Positions 1 through 8,242 of a stretch of 64,000 bases of DNA are shown one piece after another. Within the stretch, counting starts at the first letter, position 1; every line of letters begins with the position of its first letter. Under the pieces are notes generated by a model. It was not told the DNA's origin, did no database searches, and was given only the letters and a program-made list of their open reading frames with translations. Source of the stretch: an uncultured Gammaproteobacteria bacterium. GTDB lineage: Bacteria > Pseudomonadota > Gammaproteobacteria > Pseudomonadales > Porticoccaceae. Location: contig CAJXQR010000011.1 of NCBI GenBank assembly GCA_913058345.1, positions 18,964-82,963 of the forward strand, in the 5' to 3' direction. The translations under genes were made by a program, and so were the position numbers.

Positions 1-441
1 CGGAGAGACGGTTGCCTCTGGATAACTGGATGATTGGATGCCTTAATTGAAAGCTTCGAGTTCAGGTTATGCCTACGGATCGCATTGAAATGTTTATAGT
101 TTTTTCAAATTTTTGAAATATTTACAGATCATTTTGCGACTTTTCTTCTCATTAGCTCCTTAGATACGATTGTTGTAAAGCTTATAAAGCTTGCGCGGGT
201 ATATCGGATACATTAAAAATCTCGCAAATAGCCGATTAATTATTGTCAAAGTACAACCCATGAATGGGGTGATCACAAGTATATCGGTTGATGATGGTCG
301 TCATCTCTCTGACCAGCAGCCAAACGTCATTGTGCCGAATCTACCTGGGATCTGAGAAAACACAGTCAGGCTCTTTTGTTACAGCCAGGTGTTATTTTCT
401 CGGTTCCCGATTAAGGAGTGCATTAATAAAGTGTTGTTGAA

Positions 442-1383
442 TTAAGGCAAATGACCTCCGCCAGTCACCCCCATCACTTCTGCTGTGATATAGCTTGACT
501 CCTGAGAAGCAAGAAATACGTACATAGGCGCGAGCTCCGCTGGTTGCCCCGGTCGACCCATAGGAACACCCTGACCAAAATCCTCAAGCTTTTCAGGGGG
601 CTGGCCACCGCTTTGCTGCAAGGGTGTCCAAATCGGCCCGGGGGCGACAGCGTTGACCCGAATGCCATCGTTAATCAACATTTTAGCGAGGCTTTTCGTA
701 AACCCGGTGATCGCACTTTTACTTGATGCGTAATCGAGCAAGCCAGCCGAGGGCTGGTAAGATTGAATGGACGTTGTATTGATAATGCTTGACCCTTTCG
801 GCATATGAGGAGCTGCGGCTTTGGTGATCCAGAACATCGAAAATACATTGGTCGCATAGGTTTTTTGAAACTGCTCCGATGAGAGCTCGGCCAGATTCTC
901 TACATAGTATTGTTGTCCAGCATTGTTGACGAGTATATCGATTGATCCAAGCTTATTGACGGCGAAATCTATCAGTACTAGACAAAATTTCTCATTGGAA
1001 ATATCGCCGACGATCGAATAGACGTTGACGCCACTCTCTTTCAAATATTGCTCGGTGTCTTTGCCGTCAGTTTGCTCGCTCGATAGATAGTTCAAAACCA
1101 CATCTGCCCCTTCCCGTGCGAATGCAATGGCTACTGCCCTTCCAATACCCGAATCGCCACCTGTGATTACCGCTTTACGTCCTTCTAACCGGCTGGCCCC
1201 TTGATAAGACTTTTCACCGTGATCCGCTGTGGGCTTTAAGCGTTCGTCGAGTCCAGGATCAGGTTGTGATCGATCATAAAAGGTTTTAGATAGGTCGTAT
1301 TGAGAACGGGGGTCCTGCATATGATATTGATTTTTACTATTCATAATAAGTTCCTGTTGGTCAGTTCGATAAATATCGCCCAT
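442..1383 (-). CDS. SDR-family oxidoreductase (YhdF/YdaD-like general-stress dehydrogenase)
   Basis: 313-aa ORF; Rossmann motif TGGDSGIGRAVA, NNAG, catalytic YASSK (YxxxK). Confidence 0.9.
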   Translation of the reverse strand: MGDIYRTDQQELIMNSKNQYHMQDPRSQYDLSKTFYDRSQPDPGLDERLKPTADHGEKSYQGASRLEGRKAVITGGDSGIGRAVAIAFAREGADVVLNYLSSEQTDGKDTEQYLKESGVNVYSIVGDISNEKFCLVLIDFAVNKLGSIDILVNNAGQQYYVENLAELSSEQFQKTYATNVFSMFWITKAAAPHMPKGSSIINTTSIQSYQPSAGLLDYASSKSAITGFTKSLAKMLINDGIRVNAVAPGPIWTPLQQSGGQPPEKLEDFGQGVPMGRPGQPAELAPMYVFLASQESSYITAEVMGVTGGGHLP

Positions 1384-1541
1384 GAGTTTTTTCTTAATAA
1401 AAAAGTAACAGGTAAATTCCTACAATCTTCATACCAACCAACAGGCTTTTAAGAAATTTATTTCTCCGTTGTTAAACGTGACAGCGTGAACAGGCTTAGA
1501 ACCTCCTGACCTTAGACGGTAGAAATTACAATGAGAGAGGA

Positions 1542-1557
1542 TGGCACACTGCTTGCT
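1542..1557 (+). promoter_or_regulatory. sigma-54 (RpoN) -24/-12 promoter candidate
   Basis: TGGCAC-actgc-TTGCT, exact TGGCAC-N5-TTGC spacing, about 97 nt upstream of the ATG at 1654 in a divergent intergenic region. Confidence 0.6.
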
Positions 1558-1653
1558 TCGTCAGTAATAGAATTCAAAGTAAATATAGCCGAAGAAAATG
1601 GATCACTTTTTTCTCATGGTTGTGCATAAGAAACTAAAAGAGGAGGATGAAAT

Positions 1654-3003
1654 ATGCAGCTGTTATCTTTTGAAACGCCAGCGATTGCACATTACGCCTA
1701 TTTAATCTCAGATGGCATTGATGCCGCGTTAATCGATCCTAGACGTGACATAGAAGAGTATTTGCAAGCGGCAAGAGAATTAGGCGTTAGAATTCGCTAC
1801 ATTATTGAAACCCACCGACAAGAAGATTTTGTGATGGGTTCTGCCTACTTAGCAGAACAAACCGGCGCAAAAATAGTGAATGGCACTCATGACCTCTTCG
1901 GCCATGGACACCTGCGGCTAAGCGATGGTGAACACATTTGTTTAGGGTCGCTTCGAATACGCGCATTGCATACCCCGGGGCACACACCAGAAAGTATGTG
2001 TTATGCGATATTCGATTCTGATGATGACAAGCCGGCATGGGGCATATTTACCGGAGATACTCTGTTTTTTGGCACAACCGGGCGAACTGATCTGACTGAC
2101 AGGAGTAAGTCAGTTGAAAATGCGGCGCTTCTCTATCAGTCTATCCACACCCAATTAGCGGATCTTGGCGATACGGCTTTCATTTTTCCCGCGCACGGGC
2201 CGGGCTCTGTCTGTGGCAGCGGCATGGCAGAACGTCCTTCATCAACCCTGGGTGTTGAGAAAATCGACAATGAGGTGTTCACCTTAAGCCAAGATGACTT
2301 TGCGGAAAAGAAAGGCAGTGAACAATTATCCCGTCCCCCTTTCTTTCGGCATATGGAAGAAGTCAACCTAAAGGGTGGCATTGCACCGGTGAATAAGATG
2401 GGCAGCGTTAACCTTCTCGAAGTCGACGCTATGCTTGAGCAGAGCAACCATGCTCTTTTCTATGATACGCGGGAACCTGAAGCATACGCGGGTGGACACG
2501 TTGAAAATAGTTATAGTATCTGGCTTGGTGGTCTACCGGTTTTTGGTGGTTGGGTTGGCGACGAAAACGATGATATTTATTTGCTGACTGATCGCGAAAG
2601 CGATATCGATGTCGCCATCAATCATCTTGCACGCATCGGCATCGATAATGTGAAAGGCGCATTAGCCGGTGGCTTCGGTACCTGGAGGAAATCCGGCGCG
2701 CCGATTAGCAGTAGCGGCACTCTGACAGCGCAAGCAATAAAAGATGACCCGCAGTCATTTCAAATTCTAGATGTTCGAGAGCTAGACGAATATGAACAAG
2801 GGCATATTCCGGGTGCTCAGCATATTTTTGTCGGCAAGCTTGAAGATAAATTGGGTGAGCTCGATTTTCAGAAAAGCCGCCCAGTTATCGTAGTGTGTAG
2901 CGTGGGGCATCGAGCGGGACTCGGTGTCAGTATTTTACGCCGTGGTGGGTATGAAGATGTCCGCAATTTATTGGGCGGAATGTCCGCGTGGAATCAACAC
3001 TAG
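1654..3003 (+). CDS. MBL-fold metallo-hydrolase fused to a C-terminal rhodanese domain (persulfide-dioxygenase-like architecture)
   Basis: 449 aa; AGGAGG RBS; MBL motifs HTPGHT, TGDTLF, PAHGP, but the first motif is THRQEDF instead of THxHxDH; rhodanese active-site loop CSVGHRAG. Confidence 0.8.
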   Translation: MQLLSFETPAIAHYAYLISDGIDAALIDPRRDIEEYLQAARELGVRIRYIIETHRQEDFVMGSAYLAEQTGAKIVNGTHDLFGHGHLRLSDGEHICLGSLRIRALHTPGHTPESMCYAIFDSDDDKPAWGIFTGDTLFFGTTGRTDLTDRSKSVENAALLYQSIHTQLADLGDTAFIFPAHGPGSVCGSGMAERPSSTLGVEKIDNEVFTLSQDDFAEKKGSEQLSRPPFFRHMEEVNLKGGIAPVNKMGSVNLLEVDAMLEQSNHALFYDTREPEAYAGGHVENSYSIWLGGLPVFGGWVGDENDDIYLLTDRESDIDVAINHLARIGIDNVKGALAGGFGTWRKSGAPISSSGTLTAQAIKDDPQSFQILDVRELDEYEQGHIPGAQHIFVGKLEDKLGELDFQKSRPVIVVCSVGHRAGLGVSILRRGGYEDVRNLLGGMSAWNQH

Positions 3004-3119
3004 TTACTGATTGTCCAATAGGCGTAACCCACTCACAAAGATGCCGGTGCTATAGACAGAAAGTAGTCTTGAGTCACTGGTTACTCGTAATCCGTTGATC
3101 ACCAAAAAAGGTATAAATC

Positions 3120-3578
3120 ATGGCAGCTAAAACAGTGAACTCAATTGTCGATATGAGCCAGTCATTTCATAAAGAGTTGAAACAAAAAATACAGAGTAAA
3201 GCAAGCTCTGTTAAAGATAGGCGACTAAGTGCAGCACTTGAATATCTGGAATCTGTTGAAAAAAAGACCGAGGAGATGATTGAGGAGGTGCCAACATCGA
3301 AAAGGGAGAATATTATGGAAACCTTTATACGATATTACCCTGTGGATAAAGAAGAAGACGCAGAAGCCGCCTTGGAAAAAGTGAATTCCAGTGATATAGA
3401 CTCCTTAATGGCGGGTATGATTGAAGTTCGTCAAAAGCTGATTAATATTTATGAACTTTGTACCGTTGATGCTCAGGTGCCAGAAGTAAAAGAGCTGATG
3501 GAAAATATACGGGATTTCGAAGTGACGAAACTACACGAGATTAGCCGCCAACTGAATGAATCACAGCTCCAAAGATAA
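3120..3578 (+). CDS. hypothetical helical protein, distant paralogue of 52594..53052
   Basis: 152-aa ORF, same length and shared C-terminal pattern (..KELMEN/S.R..E..) with the ORF at 52594. Confidence 0.6.
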   Translation: MAAKTVNSIVDMSQSFHKELKQKIQSKASSVKDRRLSAALEYLESVEKKTEEMIEEVPTSKRENIMETFIRYYPVDKEEDAEAALEKVNSSDIDSLMAGMIEVRQKLINIYELCTVDAQVPEVKELMENIRDFEVTKLHEISRQLNESQLQR

Positions 3579-3604
3579 TAACAATTTCTAAGGAGAGTAT
3601 TAAT

Positions 3605-3853
3605 ATGCCTTATCGAAACAAAGGCGAGCTACCCGAGCAAGTGAAAGATCATCTCCCTGCGCATGCGCAAGAGATCTATAAAGAAGCGTTTAATAGTGCC
3701 TGGGAGCAGTACGCCGAAAAGAAAGACCGCAGAGATGGTGACTCCAGAGAAACGACCAGCCACAAGGTGGCCTGGTCTGCAGTAAAAAAAGTTACCACAA
3801 GGACTCAGCAGGTAACTGGGTTAAAAAAGAAAAATAGTTGTTCGGTACATTAG
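3605..3853 (+). CDS. chaB: ChaB-family protein; C-terminus out of frame after an A7 run (corrected stop would be 3835-3837)
   Basis: AAGGAG RBS; MPYRNKGELPEQVKDHLPAHAQEIYKEAFNSAW..HKVAWSAVK matches the ChaB family; the alternative frame after 3784-3790 gives the canonical tail SYHKDSAGNWVKKEK*. Confidence 0.85.
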   Translation: MPYRNKGELPEQVKDHLPAHAQEIYKEAFNSAWEQYAEKKDRRDGDSRETTSHKVAWSAVKKVTTRTQQVTGLKKKNSCSVH

Positions 3854-4874
3854 TTAAAATTTAACTTATCTGTTCAGGAGAAAGGAATCGTTCCTGATTA
3901 ACTTTGGAGCTTAACGACAATAGTAGTTTGAGATAAACAAGTTCAGGTGCCCATTAGAGTGAAGAGTTAGTTATTATTATTGGAGATCAATATTTCCCTC
4001 AAACATATTGACCTCAGAATTTTACAGATCAAATTGGTCTGAGCAGTCAATGATTCTATCGAGCCTCGAACGGTGTTTACTGAAATGGTCGTCAATTGCC
4101 AGTCTGTTGAGATATTCAATAATGTACTGGAGATCGCTTCACTGCTACCGAGGTAAAAATTTCTATACATAGATGTAGATTCGGGTGAGCGTTTGTGTTT
4201 TCACCATGTAATGAAATGTTTGAAGAATATCCTCAGACATTTAAGTTTTGCCGTTGAGCGTTAATTCGTATTGCTATTTAAAGAATTAGCGGTGTGGCTA
4301 TCACGTCGGTTATGATTTTGTGTGGATAAACCGGTGGTAACGGGTGTAAACTTTACTCGAGGTGGAATGGTGTTTTTTGCGAGTATGACCATCATTAGTA
4401 ACTAGATTCACGTTGCTCTTCACGAGTAGTGGGGTGCTAGGTGGTGCCCGTGGAGGAAATCCTGATGCAACCAGAGTAGACTGCCATAACCAATCCTGGT
4501 AAAGAGGGGGTTGAGCCCCGGCTTTTGGAGAGGAAGCCGTCTTGTCGTCATTTATAGCTCCTTTACACTGGACTCAGAGTCTGGAGCTTATTTTGTGTGT
4601 TTCATTCATGAAGTCCCCCAAGGTTTTAAGAGAGCTCTTTTCGGTCTTTAATCGTCGGTGCAGCAGAATAGCTGGTATAGACAAATCATTTATTATGCGT
4701 CCACAAACCGAAGTCAGTTGCGGTTATGGGTGGGGAAAAAATCCCCCTGAGGTTCACAGTAGCTTATGAGTATCTGATCTTGGGCGATTAGATCCCTATG
4801 GCCGTTTTTCAGAGTTTATGGTATTGAATCGAGCAACGAGAAAGAATTATTTTGACGTTTATTGGAGTCGTTAA

Positions 4875-6203
4875 ATGATTGACTTAACCGATAGCATGGT
4901 TGTAGCAGGGGTTATTTTGTGCCTCACATTTGTGGGGATATTTAGTGAGCATTTTCATGGTATTGAAAGGGCAAAATTCGCCATGGCAGGTGCGGGAGCT
5001 ATTATTGTAGCCGGGCAATATTTCGGTTTTTACTCTCCGGAATTGGCGCTGGAAGCCATCGATTGGAACGTTGTGTTTTTGTTGGCCATCATGATGGTGA
5101 TTGTATCTATTATGATCAGTACCGGAGGCTTTGAGCATTTAGCTCAATATCTTGCCCGATTAAGTGGAGGCTCCCAATTTCGCCTAATGGTACTTTTGGG
5201 TACAGCTGTTACGGTAATTTCTTTACTGTTGGACAATGTGACGACTGTCATTATCTTCGGCCCACTGATCATTATGATTTGCCAAAAGATGGGAGTATCG
5301 CCAATTCCTTATTTGTTAGCGGCAGCATTATTGTCGGATACTGGTGGAGTAGCTACCCTTGTTGGTGACCCTCCCAATTTGATGATTGGCTCGGCTGCGG
5401 GTATCGATTTTAATACCTTTTTCGTCCATATGGGCCCTCCCGTATTATTCGCCTGGCTAGGGATCCTCGTTGGAATGAGGTTTTTGTTCGCAAAAGAATT
5501 GGGTGAAAATGTAGTGCACACGTTTGACGAGGTCGTTGAATATAAAAATAAAAGCCTTTGGCATAAATCACTTTTTGTTATGGCGATTATGGTGGTTCTC
5601 TTCATCATCCATCATCAAATTGGTTGGGAGCCTTGGTTAGTTGCTGCAGCTTGTTTGACACTTCTAGTATTTATCAGCCGGCAGGTTGAAATGGAGCGTG
5701 TGACGGCCCACATAGAAACACCGCTACTCATATTCTTTATTTCCTTGTTTATTGTTATTGGAGGCGTGGAGAAATCCGGTTTACTTGAGGTGGTTGGTGA
5801 AACCTTCAAGCCTATTATAGTCGAACATCCGTTAATGGCTGCGCTTTTACTACTTTGGGTCGCCGCCATTTTGTCTGCTTTGATTGATAATATTCCCTTT
5901 ACAGCTGCAATGATTCCTGTCTTAGCGGGTCTGCAAAATGAAGGAGTAAATGTGAGTGTCATGTGGTGGGCTTTGGCTATGGGGGTTGGCATGGGAGGTA
6001 ACGGCTCTCATATTGGATCAACGGCGAATGTTTATATTGTGACTATCTCTGAACGATTAGCCCGTGAAACGGGGAAACCTGAATTGGCGATTACACCGGG
6101 TATGTGGTTTAAAAAGGGCACTCCTGCTATGTTGATTACCTTAGTCCTTTGCACCTTATTTCTCTGGTTAGGGTATGACTATTTATATATCAGTGACTTG
6201 TAA
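4875..6203 (+). CDS. ArsB/NhaD-superfamily (SLC13-like) ion/anion permease
   Basis: 442-aa polytopic membrane ORF with duplicated DNVTT..../DNIPFTAAMIPV hairpin motifs typical of the ArsB/NhaD permease superfamily. Confidence 0.8.
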   Translation: MIDLTDSMVVAGVILCLTFVGIFSEHFHGIERAKFAMAGAGAIIVAGQYFGFYSPELALEAIDWNVVFLLAIMMVIVSIMISTGGFEHLAQYLARLSGGSQFRLMVLLGTAVTVISLLLDNVTTVIIFGPLIIMICQKMGVSPIPYLLAAALLSDTGGVATLVGDPPNLMIGSAAGIDFNTFFVHMGPPVLFAWLGILVGMRFLFAKELGENVVHTFDEVVEYKNKSLWHKSLFVMAIMVVLFIIHHQIGWEPWLVAAACLTLLVFISRQVEMERVTAHIETPLLIFFISLFIVIGGVEKSGLLEVVGETFKPIIVEHPLMAALLLLWVAAILSALIDNIPFTAAMIPVLAGLQNEGVNVSVMWWALAMGVGMGGNGSHIGSTANVYIVTISERLARETGKPELAITPGMWFKKGTPAMLITLVLCTLFLWLGYDYLYISDL

Positions 6204-6599
6204 TTAAATCTTTTTGGATGGTAGAAAGAACTGCGTAAAGTCCTTTATCGGGAGTCGTCAGTTTTTGCGTTTAGCTTGCCAAAACAACGGGTGGTGCAAT
6301 TATAATGTGGCTTTGCGTGCATATGTATCCAGGCCTTACAAAATTATAGTGGTGTCATGGCGCCTGTTAATTGGGAGCCAGGTTGCATTAGGTATCCTAA
6401 GCTTACAGAAGACTGTTCTAGTATCGCTGGCAGCACTGCATCAGTGGGTAGCATTACTGGTCTTTGGCAGTGGCATTATATTGACGCGGTTAGCTTGCCG
6501 TCAAAATGTCGAAAATAAAGGTAGTGATGAAACCTGATGGGCATATAATGGTCAAAGCTGCACTCTGTATACAGACGTAGGAGCCAAGAAGAAGATCAG

Positions 6600-6884
6600 A
6601 TGATCAAAGTCCTGCTGTACCTGAGTTTACTCTTTGCTTCCGGCATCGCTGCTGGAGAAGGGGTGGCATTGTTCGACGATAATCAACTGGCACAGCAGTA
6701 TGGTTTCTGCGAGCAGAGTGATAACAAAAAATTAGATTGTGACGATCAAGAAGACCCTGTTAGTTTTGTTTCTCATGAAATAGTCGGGAACTTCCAGCCT
6801 CTTGACCTGAGTGAATTAGTTCTCCATTCCCCAAACATTTCTCCCCGCTACAGTTTTATAAGAGCGCCCCCCACCTCTTATTAG
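6600..6884 (+). CDS. small secreted hypothetical protein
   Basis: 94-aa ORF with N-terminal signal-peptide-like segment MIKVLLYLSLLFASGIAAG; no recognisable family. Confidence 0.35.
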   Translation: MIKVLLYLSLLFASGIAAGEGVALFDDNQLAQQYGFCEQSDNKKLDCDDQEDPVSFVSHEIVGNFQPLDLSELVLHSPNISPRYSFIRAPPTSY

Positions 6885-6940
6885 GTTTTTTTGAATAGTG
6901 TGTAAAAACACAACATCAACCTAATGAGAGAGGTGAACTC

Positions 6941-7270
6941 GTGATTGTTTCCATTACGTGCCGTCATGACACCGAAGCGCATGTCGGTCGCAACGAAATT
7001 GTCCGTGAATTAATGGCGTTAACTCAATATGTTCCAACCATTACTCGAGCACAGGCAGTGTTCAGTAAAGAAACTCACCACAGAAAATCAAAAGACCTGG
7101 TGACGTGTCACTTATCTATTCATATACCGAATAGACGCCCTATCGATATCTATGAACATCAGCCCTCAGGTTCACAGGCTTTCGACGAAGCAAGGGAGCA
7201 GGTAGTAAATCAAATTACACGAGATTTATCGTCAAAATATCATTCACCTCGGCAGCTGCTGGCTGAGTGA
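6941..7270 (+). CDS. ribosome hibernation factor-like protein (HPF/RaiA family, tentative)
   Basis: 109 aa, GTG start after GAGAGG RBS; length and beta-alpha-beta-beta-beta-alpha residue pattern resemble HPF/YfiA; similarity is weak. Confidence 0.5.
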   Translation: MIVSITCRHDTEAHVGRNEIVRELMALTQYVPTITRAQAVFSKETHHRKSKDLVTCHLSIHIPNRRPIDIYEHQPSGSQAFDEAREQVVNQITRDLSSKYHSPRQLLAE

Positions 7271-7288
7271 AATGAAGGAGAATTTAAA

Positions 7289-7846
7289 ATGAACGCACTT
7301 AACCTGTACCCAACTACAGACGTCGACGATCTAGCATGGCCCGAGGAAATGGAAGGTTTAACAATGAAATCACCGGCTTTGAATTTCTTTACTGATTTTA
7401 AAGAGGTAATGCCGTTAGTCGTTGAATCTACTGTCCCGGCCATAGAAGCCAAGCGATTGATGCAAAAAACCCATGTTCGACTCAAATTCGTGCTGAACGA
7501 ATCTGGTAAATTTGTCGGAATCATCAGCGCAGACGATCTGATTGACCGAATCATTATGCAAAAAGTGTCGGAAGGGATGAGACGAGATGAGATTGAATTA
7601 TCTGATTTTATGACACCAAGGCGAGATTTAAAGGCATTGGACTATCAGGAGGTGGTTAAAGCTTCAATATCTGAGGTGGTTAGTAAATTGAAAGATAGTG
7701 GTCATCAACACTGTCTGGTTGTTGATCGTGATAAGCACAAAATCAGGGGCATTTTTTCAGCGAGTGATATTTCGAGAAAACTGCACTTGCCGATTAATAT
7801 TCAGGATAAGTCCAGTTTTTACAAGGTGTTTTCGGTAACCGCCTAA
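7289..7846 (+). CDS. CBS-domain pair protein
   Basis: 185 aa; AAGGAG RBS; two CBS-like repeats (..GKFVGIISADDLI.. and ..KIRGIFSASDISR..). Confidence 0.8.
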   Translation: MNALNLYPTTDVDDLAWPEEMEGLTMKSPALNFFTDFKEVMPLVVESTVPAIEAKRLMQKTHVRLKFVLNESGKFVGIISADDLIDRIIMQKVSEGMRRDEIELSDFMTPRRDLKALDYQEVVKASISEVVSKLKDSGHQHCLVVDRDKHKIRGIFSASDISRKLHLPINIQDKSSFYKVFSVTA

Positions 7847-7866
7847 TTTAAATAAGGAGTTCTTTA

Positions 7867-8159
7867 ATGAAAAAATTAATAGTTTGACTGCACTATTAGC
7901 TTCAGGCGTCAGTGCATTTGCTGCTGATGTTGATGCCGGAAAATCTAAATCGGTAACTTGTGCAGGGTGTCATGGTGCGACAGGTATATCTGCTGTACCT
8001 ATGTATCCAAATTTGGCAGGACAGAAAGCCCTGTATGTAGAAAAGCAACTGAAGGCATTCCGAAATGGGACAAGGAAAGACCCGATTATGGGGCCAATGG
8101 CTAAACCGCTTAGTGATACAGATATTGTAAATATAGCAGCCTATTTCGAATCTCTGTGA
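7867..8159 (+). CDS. class I c-type cytochrome; signal peptide separated from the mature part by a 1-nt frameshift in an A6 run
   Basis: CAGCHG haem motif and distal Met region; the ATG at 7867 has an ideal AAGGAG RBS but stops at 7885-7887; adding one A to 7870-7875 gives MKKINSLTALLASGVSAFA. The track ORF starts at a TTG (7884) with no RBS. Confidence 0.8.
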
Positions 8160-8242
8160 GATAGTTTAGACGCTGAATTACAGAGGTGATTGTAGGCTTG
8201 CGTGGGGTCAGTCCAGGGTATGATGGAAAACTCTTGTTGTAT

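Noticed and set aside
4441-4470. A second occurrence of GTGGTGCCC resembling the tRNA-scar sequence, considered as a possible left-hand direct repeat or pseudo-tRNA.
   Set aside because: Only 9 nt are identical, which is about what chance predicts in 64 kb on both strands. The surrounding 81 nt lacks a GG D-loop, a GTTC T-loop and acceptor pairing.
4380-4560. A cobalamin, Mn or other known riboswitch upstream of the ArsB/NhaD-type permease.
   Set aside because: There are only scattered short resemblances (GGAGGAAATCC, ACTGCCAT). The conserved cores I know (B12 box, GGGGAGUAG) are absent. It is kept only as an unexplained region.
3967-4769. Track ORFs 3967..4170 (-) and 4542..4769 (+). Also 6214..6537, 8110..8337, 8186..8371 and 47161..47349.
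   Set aside because: They have no RBS, no recognisable motif and odd composition. They lie in intergenic or overlap regions.
6267-6499. A 14-nt direct repeat GCG(T/G)TTAGCTTGCC, 220 nt apart, inside the dubious ORF 6214..6537.
   Set aside because: It is short with one mismatch, and there are no terminal inverted repeats or other element features. It could be chance or an internal protein repeat of an unsupported ORF.
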